A DNA stretch of 64,000 nt from Candidatus Micrarchaeota archaeon (GTDB lineage Archaea > Micrarchaeota > Micrarchaeia > Anstonellales > Bilamarchaeaceae): positions 172,976-236,975 of the forward strand of contig JBBSVO010000006.1 of the NCBI GenBank assembly GCA_038046805.1. Reading direction: 5' to 3'. Below, piece by piece: positions 19,127 to 28,545 of this stretch (its first letter is position 1; the number at the start of each line of letters is the position of its first letter). The notes beneath the pieces are model-generated. The model had not been told where the DNA came from and searched no databases. It saw only the letters and a list, made by a program, of their open reading frames with translations. A program made the translations under genes and the position numbers.

Positions 19127-21271
19127 TTAAGCAGCCAGGGCAGTTATTCTATCAGCTATTCTTTCGGCATTTGTATTCCTACATATGACAAATGGAATTC
19201 CCCTGCTTCTGCATATCGATGTTGCGCTTCCGGATGCGTTGTGGCCGATATGAGTTACTACTATCACAACTGTGTCGTTCTCCCCAATCGCAGCGGCAAT
19301 CGCGCTGGGTTTTACATAACTTCCGTCTATAACTCTTACTTCCTTTCCAGTTCTTTCAGCCAATGTGTCTTGGATATTTGTCATGATGTTGCCACCACAA
19401 ATCACGATAATTCTTCCAACGCTTGTTTGCACAGCAACACCTTTTTCATCAATATAATTTTGCATTATTTCTATAATAGTTCTTTCTCGGGTTTCTGCGT
19501 TGTGTTCCCGAGATCCTGCTACTGCATTAATCCAATCCAGAATCTCTTTTTCATCGGCTGCAATCAACCTGACGAGTTCTGCAAACGTCCTGCGTGCATT
19601 GTCTGATGCAAAGATTGTTTTAAGTGAAAAATCACTAAGTCCTGCAGTTATTCCTGCAATTCTTGCAAGAGCATCTACACCATGCTCCCTGAGACTGCTG
19701 AATCTGGTTGGCCTGACGCCATTTCGTTCAAGTCGTACGTATACTCCTCTGAATAATCTTACTTGGTCATCTTCTATATCTGGAAATGCCCTTTTTACCA
19801 GGGCTTCAATCCCAAGTTCTTCCTCACGTTTTTTCCCTTCCTTTCGCCTATCTATTATTTCTATAGCATTTTCTAATTCCCCATATTCCATTGCTTGCAA
19901 TGTTGCTTTTGCAATTTCCCTATCTTCCGCATTTCCAGTAAGGAACAGAGCAAGATCTTTCCATCTTTCGGATATGAAAATTATCGAGGCAGCCCTTATG
20001 ATTTGGGCAAGCTCTGTAATATGTACGCTTGGTTCTATCTGTTTTAGTAGACTATGGAATGTTGCGTTTCCTGAGTTATTTACTGTCTCTTCAGCAATCT
20101 CCAGGATATATGCGAGAAAATCAGAACGACTTACCATTCTTTTTGGCTCAGTAAGTCTCTTATATAACTCCAGGTACTCCGGGGTTGTTTCAATTTTTTT
20201 CAATATTTTTATCGCGGTTTGCACAGTTAACCCTCCAACCAATTCAAAGGCGCAAGATTCCTTTTTTACCGCAAACACATCAAGTAATCCCGTGAGTTCC
20301 TTTAGTTCTTCAAATCTCCTGGGGGTTATCCATCTTTGATTTTCCATAACTGCTCTTGCAGTTCTATCAGTTTTTATTCCTCTTACAATTTCAGCAGCTT
20401 CGTCCAGCACTTGCGTGTCAAAGAAAAGGAGATATGGGCAAAGTCCTGCTTCGCTTGCAAGCATGCTCTTTCCCAACACCGTGTCCATTCTTTGCTCGTA
20501 CATTGCGTGTACATTTGCGCTTTTTTTCGCGTGGGTATAACAGATTGCCTTGAAACATGCAGTCTTTGTCCATTCTTTTTCAGAAATGAATTCCTTTGCA
20601 ATTCCTAAAAATCTATCAATAAATGTCCGGATGTGGGTGCGGACTTCTTCATCCATGTAGCATCTTATTCCACTCATATATTCTCTTAGTGCACATTTTC
20701 CAACATTAAGCATGTGTTCCATATTTCCTGGATCAAGGATTGCACGTATGTCATCTCTCAAACTGGGGCTTATTGCTACGCCTAAATTGCAGCTGGTTCC
20801 TTCCAAACCATCTATCGCTCTCAATGTTTCTATGATTCTGCTATATCTTTCACTTGCGCCTTTGTCTAAATCGTCATATCCTAGTGTTACGGTTTCCTCC
20901 AGTCTTTGTGTAATGCGTTCAGTTGCAGGCCCTGCGATTTCATCAAGTGCTCTATCTAGTTTTGCAAAACTTTCCTCCAATTTAGCAATAACCCGTTTTT
21001 GGTTTCCTTCAGAATTCGCCATCAAATCTATAATCCCCAAATATGTAGTATCCATTTCATGTATCCTTGTATCAAAAAGTTCTTGTCCTTTTACCAGATC
21101 CTCTGCTTCTAACCCCAAGCTATTCAGTACGTCTCGCTTATTTTGGAGAAATAATTGTCTTAGCTCTTCTCCAAGTTGTCTTAGTCTTTCACGTTCCGGG
21201 GTGTGGAAATTAGGTCCACCCACACTTCGTATTCTTGCAGCTGGCGGAATCCTGAGCATTAGCTTTGGCAT
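19127..21271 (-). CDS. Large helical protein with C-terminal DUF2325-like domain
   Basis: 714 aa; C-terminal IVICGG...DTVVIVVTHIGH...CRSRGIPFV. Confidence 0.65.
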   Translation of the reverse strand: MPKLMLRIPPAARIRSVGGPNFHTPERERLRQLGEELRQLFLQNKRDVLNSLGLEAEDLVKGQELFDTRIHEMDTTYLGIIDLMANSEGNQKRVIAKLEESFAKLDRALDEIAGPATERITQRLEETVTLGYDDLDKGASERYSRIIETLRAIDGLEGTSCNLGVAISPSLRDDIRAILDPGNMEHMLNVGKCALREYMSGIRCYMDEEVRTHIRTFIDRFLGIAKEFISEKEWTKTACFKAICYTHAKKSANVHAMYEQRMDTVLGKSMLASEAGLCPYLLFFDTQVLDEAAEIVRGIKTDRTARAVMENQRWITPRRFEELKELTGLLDVFAVKKESCAFELVGGLTVQTAIKILKKIETTPEYLELYKRLTEPKRMVSRSDFLAYILEIAEETVNNSGNATFHSLLKQIEPSVHITELAQIIRAASIIFISERWKDLALFLTGNAEDREIAKATLQAMEYGELENAIEIIDRRKEGKKREEELGIEALVKRAFPDIEDDQVRLFRGVYVRLERNGVRPTRFSSLREHGVDALARIAGITAGLSDFSLKTIFASDNARRTFAELVRLIAADEKEILDWINAVAGSREHNAETRERTIIEIMQNYIDEKGVAVQTSVGRIIVICGGNIMTNIQDTLAERTGKEVRVIDGSYVKPSAIAAAIGENDTVVIVVTHIGHNASGSATSICRSRGIPFVICRNTNAERIADRITALAA

Positions 21272-21336
21272 AATTTTTATTTGGACAGAAGAGTATATAA
21301 ATTGTAACTTAGATGATTTCTTAAGGCCATATTTCT

Positions 21337-21879
21337 ATGTCTGCCATTATGAAGCTGAGAGGAAATCTTCCAAGAGTTGCGCTTACGGCGGGTTCAATTG
21401 TTGCAGCGATAGCATTATCTAAATGTGAACCCGATACGACTATTATCCGATACCAACCGGATTCAGGAGCAGCGGCAGAAGAAACTGTCTCAAGAGTGGC
21501 GAGAGTAAATTCTGTTTTTGAAGGAAAACCTTGTAGTACCATATCGGATATGGCCCTCACTAAAGACGCCCCCCAAAAGTTATCATCGGAAATTTCAATT
21601 AATTTAAATGATGCAATACTTGAGGGTGGGAAGCCAGTTGCGTTTCTAACTATATCTGGTCAAGGCCAGAATACACTTGACACGGAAAATGATTCGCGTG
21701 GCGTATACACTATACATTGGAGTTCTATGGTTAATTTGAAAATGAGTAAAGGTAGTTTTGAGCAAATTACTATGGGGCAGAAGGGGGAATTGTTAATTTC
21801 TCTTAGCGTAGGTGCGATTTCTGTTGGTGGGCAATCTTCCTCGCTATTGTTGGATGCTTCGATTTGCAGGAATTATTGA
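21337..21879 (+). CDS. Secreted or lipoprotein-like hypothetical protein
   Basis: Hydrophobic leader followed by Cys. Confidence 0.55.
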   Translation: MSAIMKLRGNLPRVALTAGSIVAAIALSKCEPDTTIIRYQPDSGAAAEETVSRVARVNSVFEGKPCSTISDMALTKDAPQKLSSEISINLNDAILEGGKPVAFLTISGQGQNTLDTENDSRGVYTIHWSSMVNLKMSKGSFEQITMGQKGELLISLSVGAISVGGQSSSLLLDASICRNY

Positions 21880-21979
21880 ATATAATTTGCATGCGACAGG
21901 GAACGGGGATTCGCATGGTGGAGAATACGGGATTTTGAATTGAGATCGTTCTAAAACTTCTCCTTCATAATCATATTTT

Positions 21980-22573
21980 ATGGATCGCAGGATAATCTCG
22001 CTCTACAAAAAACTCCTCTCTCAATTCGGCCCCAAGAAATGGTGGCCCGCTAATTCAGATTACGAAGTAGTCATAGGTGCAATCCTCACCCAGAACACGA
22101 ATTGGAAGAATGTTGAGAAAGCAATCTCGAATTTACGTGCGGCAAAAAAACTTAACGAGAAATCGATACTCAAGATGCAAGACGCGGAACTCGAAACACT
22201 AATCCGTCCAAGCGGATTTTACAAACAAAAAGCTGAGCGGCTCAAACTTGCGACAAGGAAATGGATGGAGTTGAAGGATAGCCGAGACTTGACTTTGGAA
22301 GAACTCCGCACTGAACTTCTATCAGTAAAAGGAATCGGAAAAGAAACTGCGGACAGCATTATCCTATATGCATTCCACAGGCCAATCTTTGTAATTGACG
22401 CATACACGCGGCGGTTCTGCAAGGAATTTTTCGATGTTGAATTCCGAGACCGGGACTACGACGAATACCGCAAATTCTTTGAATCCGCATTGCCGAACGA
22501 TGTCGCGTTGTTCAAGGAATACCATGCGCTGATTGTGGAATGGGGGAAGCAAAATAACAAGCTTCACCTCTAG
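21980..22573 (+). CDS. Endonuclease III-related HhH-GPD protein (no FeS cluster)
   Basis: WWP, GAILTQNTNW, SGFYKQKA, VKGIGKETADSI, DAYTRR, EYHALIV. Confidence 0.88.
   Translation: MDRRIISLYKKLLSQFGPKKWWPANSDYEVVIGAILTQNTNWKNVEKAISNLRAAKKLNEKSILKMQDAELETLIRPSGFYKQKAERLKLATRKWMELKDSRDLTLEELRTELLSVKGIGKETADSIILYAFHRPIFVIDAYTRRFCKEFFDVEFRDRDYDEYRKFFESALPNDVALFKEYHALIVEWGKQNNKLHL
22517..22546 (+). repeat. Direct repeat copy 1 (3' end of the endonuclease III-like gene)
   Basis: 21-bp core GCGCTGATTGTGGAATGGGGG (22526..22546) identical to 23292..23312. Confidence 0.85.
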
Positions 22574-22620
22574 CGTAAACATTTATAAATCCTTATTACA
22601 CATAGTTATATGTGAATACC

Positions 22621-22848
22621 ATGGTAAATGTAACAATTGCAGTCCCAGAGGAATTGAAGAAGCTGTTAGATGCCCATGCCGAAATAAATTGGAGCGAAGT
22701 TGCCAGGCAGGCATGGTGGAAGAAGGCAAGAGAGCTGGAACTTCTGAACAAATTAACCAGGGAAACCAATGCCAGCGATAAAGACGTGCTCGCACTTGCA
22801 AAATTGATAAAAAAAGGAATCGCAGACTGGCATGGTGCACAGATGTAA
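22621..22848 (+). CDS. VapB-type antitoxin (RHH)
   Basis: MVNVTIAVPEELKKLL...INWSEVAR; upstream of PIN toxin. Confidence 0.8.
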   Translation: MVNVTIAVPEELKKLLDAHAEINWSEVARQAWWKKARELELLNKLTRETNASDKDVLALAKLIKKGIADWHGAQM

Positions 22849-22862
22849 TCTCAGGTATTTTC

Positions 22863-23276
22863 ATGGAACTTGTTGTCGACACCAGCGTAGTCGTTGCAGC
22901 CATACTTAAGAGCGGGACAACACGCAATCTTCTTTTCAACTCTTTTGTGAAACTTTATTCTCCAGAACGGCTTGAGGCAGAACTTTTTAAGAACAAGGAA
23001 AAGTTTAAGGAGTATGCGAATCTTACAGATGACGAATTCAATAATGCAGTTGAACTTGTGCTGAAACAGATTGAGATAATTCCGTTTGAGGAATATCGTG
23101 AAAAAGAACCAGAAGCAAAATCGGCATGCAGAAGAGACGAAAGCGATTGGACGTTTGTTGCGCTTGCATTAAGGCTGAATATTGCGATATGGTCTAACGA
23201 CCCGGATTTACTGGAGGGTCAGAATAAAGTAAAGGTGTTATCTACTTCTGATTTGTTAAGGATTCTCACTGGATAA
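22863..23276 (+). CDS. PIN-domain toxin (VapC family)
   Basis: LVVDTSVV, DESDWTFVALAL, IWSNDPDL. Confidence 0.88.
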   Translation: MELVVDTSVVVAAILKSGTTRNLLFNSFVKLYSPERLEAELFKNKEKFKEYANLTDDEFNNAVELVLKQIEIIPFEEYREKEPEAKSACRRDESDWTFVALALRLNIAIWSNDPDLLEGQNKVKVLSTSDLLRILTG

Positions 23277-23339
23277 TTTTACGAATATCACGCGCTGATT
23301 GTGGAATGGGGGGAGAGCCAGATGCTACATCTCGCGTAG
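23277..23339 (+). pseudogene. Duplicated 3'-end fragment of the endonuclease III-like gene
   Basis: Translates FYEYHALIVEWGESQMLHLA* versus intact FKEYHALIVEWGKQNNKLHL*. Confidence 0.75.
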
Positions 23340-23960
23340 CTCTTCAATTTTTTTCCTTTTCCATTTCTTGAACTCCTGGAAATCCATGCCAAGATATTTT
23401 ATGTCATTGTCACTGAAGTTTGCAATAACCGCCACGAGCTCTTTTTTGTAATCTTCATTTTCATCAAGTTTGTATTCTTTTAGAAGTGCAATATATTTTT
23501 TCAAATCCACCGGAGCGTAAATCAATAAAGTCAAAATATCTATGGAATCTTTTATTCCCTTTACTGAATTCCGCCTTGCTATTTCCGCTCCTTGTTTGAG
23601 AATCAGCAGAGCCTCTGGCTTTATGGTTTTGATGTTCTGAACTTTGGTAGTATGGTCCTTCATTATATCGTTCACTGGTAGTGTCAATTCAGAAAAGAAC
23701 GGAACATATATGTCAATATCGAATTTTTCAAGCTTTATCTCGTATTTGTGGAGCCGTTCGTTCTTTTCCAGTCGGTAGTTTTGCTGCAATTTCGCCAGAG
23801 TTTCATAATCAACAATAATGTCGATATCCTTTGACTTGTGTTTGCCAGTCCACAAATAAGCTGCCCATCCGCCAATAAGCACGAAATCAATCTCCTTTGA
23901 CAGCTCCTGCAGCCTTTCCCAGCTCGCTTGCGTGACAAGTTCATTCCAAAATTCATTCAT
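23325..23960 (-). CDS. Pol-beta-fold nucleotidyltransferase (AbiEii-like)
   Basis: FVLIGGWA...SKDIDI, IDIY, LLILK...R...KDSIDI. Confidence 0.75.
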   Translation of the reverse strand: MNEFWNELVTQASWERLQELSKEIDFVLIGGWAAYLWTGKHKSKDIDIIVDYETLAKLQQNYRLEKNERLHKYEIKLEKFDIDIYVPFFSELTLPVNDIMKDHTTKVQNIKTIKPEALLILKQGAEIARRNSVKGIKDSIDILTLLIYAPVDLKKYIALLKEYKLDENEDYKKELVAVIANFSDNDIKYLGMDFQEFKKWKRKKIEELREM

Positions 23961-24559
23961 GCCAAAACCCCATCAATTTTTTTCTCAAGCGCCTGCAAAA
24001 ATTCCTTTGCGTACCAAGAGTTGATGTTCCATAAGTCAACGAACATATTCGCAATTGAGCAGATGCTTTTTTCCGTAGTTTCATTCAGGTGCGAATCCAC
24101 TTCGAGCATAATCAGATTTGGAGGGCCGTCCTTTTTCGGAAACTGTCTCTTGAATTCCTTTAGCACCTCATCATCCGCGTAAACATAAATCTCGCTGTAG
24201 TCTGCTGGTACATCGTCGAATTTGAATTTATAGGCGCTGTACGCGGTGTAAACAACTCCTTGCGGCATGTTCTTTTCTATTTCCTTTATCGTTGTATCCA
24301 CTCGCGTTTGATAAATAATATTCTTTGATAAATTCCTTTTGCTTGCCCAGAACAAGAGCAGTTTTTTCGGGTCAATCAGCCTGAATCCCATAGGGGTTTT
24401 CCTTATTGCGCCCATTTCTTCAGTAGGCCTGAGCGCGTAATTCACAGTGCTTAGCGAAATTCCAAGCTTTTTGGCTATCGCTAATTGCGTGAACTGAAAT
24501 TGGCCTTTCTCAATGCGCTGGTAAAGCAGCTCTCGGTATATCCACTCGCTCCTCTGCAT
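23957..24559 (-). CDS. Winged-HTH protein (AbiEi-like partner)
   Basis: TQLAIAKKLGISLSTVNYAL; C-terminal QMFVDLW-like motif (NMFVDLW); ATGA overlap with the NTase. Confidence 0.75.
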   Translation of the reverse strand: MQRSEWIYRELLYQRIEKGQFQFTQLAIAKKLGISLSTVNYALRPTEEMGAIRKTPMGFRLIDPKKLLLFWASKRNLSKNIIYQTRVDTTIKEIEKNMPQGVVYTAYSAYKFKFDDVPADYSEIYVYADDEVLKEFKRQFPKKDGPPNLIMLEVDSHLNETTEKSICSIANMFVDLWNINSWYAKEFLQALEKKIDGVLA

Positions 24560-24616
24560 GTTTCTATTTTTAACATTTGTTCTTTATAAAGGTTTCGAAG
24601 ATTATCGAAAACTACG

Positions 24617-25315
24617 TTATTCATTCAACGGCGGAACATATTTCCGTAATATGACTCTCTCACGTTCAACTCCAAGACTTTCCGCAAATTCAATGTACTC
24701 TTCTGCTGTTCTTGTTTTCACTTCTCCATCATCAAATCCTATAACAAAACTTGCAAATGTGGCTATTCCACTTTTAATACAATTCCGGACGAATTCAATC
24801 AATCTTCCGAACGCATCCTCGTCTTTCCATCTTGGTCTGGATATGGCCGCGTATTCATCGCGGTTTATCGCATTAACCGAAATTCTTATTTCATCAAGTC
24901 CAGCTTCTCTTAATTCTTGTGCCGGATTTCCATCCCTCCAGCATTTTACTAATCCATTCGTGTCTATTCGCATTCTTCCTGTAAACCCACCCGATTTTGT
25001 TCCAGTTATTACTTTACATGCAAGCTCAAATTGCAAAAGCGGTTCTCCAAGTCCAACAAATGCAACCTCACTCGTGTCCGAGCCAATGTTTGCCCTCAGT
25101 TCACGCAATACCTCTTCTGTCAATGGTGCCTTTGCTAGCCACAACTTTGCGCCAGCCTTTTTCTCGTATATATTTGCTTTGCCTTCTATTGCTGCGCCTC
25201 TGCTGCAAAACCTGCATGAATTCGAACAAGAATAACTCGGCACTATATTCACATATAAAATATCCGCTTTTGGGTCATACGGGGTTGCAAACTGGTATAC
25301 TATCCTGTTCTTCAT
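24617..25315 (-). CDS. Radical SAM protein resembling the TatD-associated family
   Basis: LYVNI...CSNSCRFC, EVAFVGLGEP, MRIDTNG, IRISVNA. Confidence 0.8.
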   Translation of the reverse strand: MKNRIVYQFATPYDPKADILYVNIVPSYSCSNSCRFCSRGAAIEGKANIYEKKAGAKLWLAKAPLTEEVLRELRANIGSDTSEVAFVGLGEPLLQFELACKVITGTKSGGFTGRMRIDTNGLVKCWRDGNPAQELREAGLDEIRISVNAINRDEYAAISRPRWKDEDAFGRLIEFVRNCIKSGIATFASFVIGFDDGEVKTRTAEEYIEFAESLGVERERVILRKYVPPLNE

Positions 25316-26280
25316 TCCATCACCTCCCGTATTTTACCAGGAAATTTTTCAAAATCTGCCCCGTAGTTCGTAAGTAAGGCAAACATCATTCGTTCCAGCC
25401 CGATTCCAGTGCAACCACTCCACAATGCTGTGCAGTTCTGACCAGTAATACTAAATCTTGAAGTCAGGATGGTTGAGAGAACCGCGCTGCCAGCGACTTC
25501 CAAAAATGAGCTTCCGTTTCTGTATCCCGGGCAATATATTTCCAAGTCTTTAACCGGTATTTCATCTAATGTTTGCGGAGGCCCTAGCTCCCCGGGTTTT
25601 ATCTCGTAGCATCCACTACCAACAACTATCCGGTATTCTAATCCTAAATCAACGCATAATCTTTCCAATCGGGCAAGGCATTCCTCTCTAATTTGTATGG
25701 TCTGAGCTTTAGTTCCCAAATATATAAATTCTGCCCTATGGAACTCCCTTTGTTTCACAAGAGGAACTATCTTATCAGAATCCTCGTTTCTATATGTTGG
25801 GCCAGAGCAATCAAACCATTTTACGGGCAGGGAACTTGGCTCTATCACGTTTCCTTCAAATATCTGATAAAATGTTGTACATTGCAAGGGATCCATAAGA
25901 TATTCTTCCCTGACGCCTTTCGTACTTGAAAATGGTCTGACTACAATTAAATAGTCATCCCAATTACCGGTAATTCCTGCTTTTCTAAACGTTTTCACTG
26001 GGGCAATTTTTGGCAGGACTACTTCCTCAAAGACAAGCGGTTTTTGCATATCCTCCGTAAGCAACGTGCAAACCGCATTCAGAAGTCTCGTTCCTTTTGG
26101 CAATAGCACATACTGCCCTGAGCCTCTTACGAATTCCTTACAGATATCATTTTCAGCGCGAGCATCAAAGCCCCCCGGGGTCCCTCTAAATCCTTTCTTC
26201 CCTCTTTTGATTAATGCGCCCTCGGTTGTCGGAATTTGTTTGGTTGCAGTTGTCAAAATTGGCATGATATGTTCGCTCAA
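25312..26280 (-). CDS. Class II aaRS-like protein: stand-alone methanogen-type SerRS catalytic domain
   Basis: GSGQY, YLMDPLQCTTFYQ, LPVKWFDCSGPTYRNE, EFHRAE, WSGCTGIGLER. Start TTG 26280 or ATG 26265. Confidence 0.8.
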   Translation of the reverse strand: MSEHIMPILTTATKQIPTTEGALIKRGKKGFRGTPGGFDARAENDICKEFVRGSGQYVLLPKGTRLLNAVCTLLTEDMQKPLVFEEVVLPKIAPVKTFRKAGITGNWDDYLIVVRPFSSTKGVREEYLMDPLQCTTFYQIFEGNVIEPSSLPVKWFDCSGPTYRNEDSDKIVPLVKQREFHRAEFIYLGTKAQTIQIREECLARLERLCVDLGLEYRIVVGSGCYEIKPGELGPPQTLDEIPVKDLEIYCPGYRNGSSFLEVAGSAVLSTILTSRFSITGQNCTALWSGCTGIGLERMMFALLTNYGADFEKFPGKIREVME

Positions 26281-26321
26281 ACCCCTTATTTATATATTTA
26301 TCCTCCCAAAAGAGACTACAC

Positions 26322-27053
26322 ATGAAAGAAGACATTCTGGAGGATTTGGGGCTGTCAAAAGCCGAGATAAAAGTGTATATTTCGCTTCTTGAACTGGGCA
26401 GCTCCAGCGCGGGCGCAATCCTTCAAAAATGCGGGCTTCAGAATTCCGTAACCCATCGTGCACTTAACAGTCTCATAGAAAAAGGATTAATCAGTTACAT
26501 CACTGAAGGAAAAAGGAAAACCTACCAGGCAACCAGCCCGGATTTCTTTTATGATTTTATCGAAGATAAGAAAACAAGGTTTGAGTTGCTGCTTCCGGAA
26601 TTAAAGAAAAAACAGGAGGGGGCCGAGGCCAGGAGCGAGGCAATGGTTTACAAGGGCAAAAAAGGAATAAACGAAATCTACAATCGCTTGTTGAATTCCG
26701 GAGAAAAGGAATACCTTACTTTTGGTGGCGGCAAGCGCGTCACTTACGAAGTTATGGGCGAAGACTGGTGGAAGCTTTTACATTCAAAGCGAATTGCAAG
26801 AGGGATTCGTGCAAGGCAGGTCTTTGACGAAACAATAAGAAAATTCGGAGATGAACTCAACAAACGTCCGTTGTCGCGCGTTCGTTTTCTTTCCCAGGAA
26901 TTCGAACAATTGACTGAAACCGTAATCGTTGGCGAATGTGTGGCTATTGTTATGTTCACAGAAAATCCATACGGCATCCTGATAAGAGACAAGTCTGTTG
27001 CCGACAGTTACAGGAAAAATTTTGAAATTCTATGGGAAAAGGCGAGGAAGTAG
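26322..27053 (+). CDS. TrmB family transcriptional regulator
   Basis: LEDLGLSKAEIKVYISLLELG...LNSLIEKGLI; C-terminal YRKNFEILWEKA. Confidence 0.9.
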   Translation: MKEDILEDLGLSKAEIKVYISLLELGSSSAGAILQKCGLQNSVTHRALNSLIEKGLISYITEGKRKTYQATSPDFFYDFIEDKKTRFELLLPELKKKQEGAEARSEAMVYKGKKGINEIYNRLLNSGEKEYLTFGGGKRVTYEVMGEDWWKLLHSKRIARGIRARQVFDETIRKFGDELNKRPLSRVRFLSQEFEQLTETVIVGECVAIVMFTENPYGILIRDKSVADSYRKNFEILWEKARK

Positions 27054-27062
27054 CCGCAAAAC

Positions 27063-28484
27063 TCAGTACCTGTCCAATGCGCCATACTGAAATTTCGGGA
27101 AGTAAACGCTCCCACCTATAAATTCCCGCATTATTGAATCTGGAGGTATTTGTGCGATCTGCCCCGCTGTTGCAGTCTCCAATTTATCAAACAGTGCACA
27201 TACTCTTTTCGCACGCAAAAGAGCATCTCCTAGTTGCTTATCAGATTGCCGTTCAAAAATTCCAAGGTACTTTCTGAAAAATCTTTCGGCATGCATCTTG
27301 AAAATAGGCAGTTCGTAAGCAAGCCCGCCGTTGATTCTAACATCTGCGGTATTGATCAACGGGAACATGGACCCCTCTCCTTTTCGTACAAGATACCAGT
27401 GCACCAACGTAAGCAGCGTATCCTGCCCTCTTGTGGCAACATCCCTGAGCATCCTTCTTATAAGGCGTACATCTGTCCATCTGGTATATCTCTCTCCGTC
27501 GTGTATTGTGTTCATTGCCTCTATATAGAGCTTGAATTTTTGTTCGTTCGGGACTGCCGAGGTCAGGTCTGGATAAAGTCCGTGCAGGCAGTCAAATACC
27601 AGCACTTCGTTTGGCCCGAGCGCTTGAAATTCCGTATGGTTCGGAATGATCTGCCCGGTTCCGAAATCATATTTCGGAATCCAAACAACTTCCCCGCGTA
27701 TTATCCGTTCAAGCACTTCATTAAGTGCCTCAAGGCCGTATGCAAACGGTGTTTCATAATCCCAGTCGCTTACCTCTTTTCCATCAATTACATAAGCATG
27801 CCTCTGGTTTGAGGTTTTTGGCTGGAAGAACATATCCACCTCAAGAGGCCTGAAGGTTGTCTTGCCACGGGTAATATCATTTATTGTCCCGCAAATCCTG
27901 TTCGCAGTAGTTGTTTTCCCAGAAGATGATGGCCCGCATACTATAAGCATGCGCAATCCTGTCCGCCCAAGGAATTCCTGTGCCGCATTTTCAAGCTCAA
28001 CGTGTTTTTGCGCTTCTGCTGCACGGATAAGCTCGCGAGCATCTCTTTCCCTTCCACCGAACCAGGCATTTAATCCTTCAATGGTATGACAATCATGCTC
28101 TTCGTTCCATTTATATACTCTTGAAACTTCCGTGCGCGGAACTCCATCAACAGTAAATTGATCAGCACGGATCAGCCCCCTTTCCACAAGCTCGACTCCT
28201 GCGCCATAAAGCAAATATTCTTCTGCGAGTTCGTATGCACCAATGTTCCACATCGCCTGTTTTACCGCATTTTGGACCTCGCCCCTAGTCGCGGTTTCCC
28301 TTTTTGTTCCGACAAGCGTCTCCACCGCCGAATCGGTTAAATCCCTTGCCCTTTTCATCGCTGGCCCAAAAGGACAATGCTCGGTTCGCATTATCGCATC
28401 GGCTATTGCCTGTCTTATCGGAGCCCTGTTAAAATCAGTTTTTGCTCCTTTAATCGGCTGGAAATATTTTAGTGCTACTGCCAT
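27063..28484 (-). CDS. ATP-cone plus uridine-kinase/PRK-like P-loop kinase
   Basis: N-terminal FNRAPIRQAI...EVQNAVKQAM...LAEEYLLY; GPSSSGKTT, RLIRRMLRD...RG. Confidence 0.75.
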   Translation of the reverse strand: MAVALKYFQPIKGAKTDFNRAPIRQAIADAIMRTEHCPFGPAMKRARDLTDSAVETLVGTKRETATRGEVQNAVKQAMWNIGAYELAEEYLLYGAGVELVERGLIRADQFTVDGVPRTEVSRVYKWNEEHDCHTIEGLNAWFGGRERDARELIRAAEAQKHVELENAAQEFLGRTGLRMLIVCGPSSSGKTTTANRICGTINDITRGKTTFRPLEVDMFFQPKTSNQRHAYVIDGKEVSDWDYETPFAYGLEALNEVLERIIRGEVVWIPKYDFGTGQIIPNHTEFQALGPNEVLVFDCLHGLYPDLTSAVPNEQKFKLYIEAMNTIHDGERYTRWTDVRLIRRMLRDVATRGQDTLLTLVHWYLVRKGEGSMFPLINTADVRINGGLAYELPIFKMHAERFFRKYLGIFERQSDKQLGDALLRAKRVCALFDKLETATAGQIAQIPPDSIMREFIGGSVYFPKFQYGALDRY

Positions 28485-28545
28485 AAAATTTATGTTGTGG
28501 AAACAATATTTAAACCTTGTTTTTACCACAAAATTTGCATCACAC

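Noticed and set aside
19500..21422. Long + strand ORFs (279 and 236 aa); also 24558..25235, 27234..27812, 33630..34202, 53135..53785
   Set aside because: Antisense shadows of better-supported genes, with no recognisable motifs.
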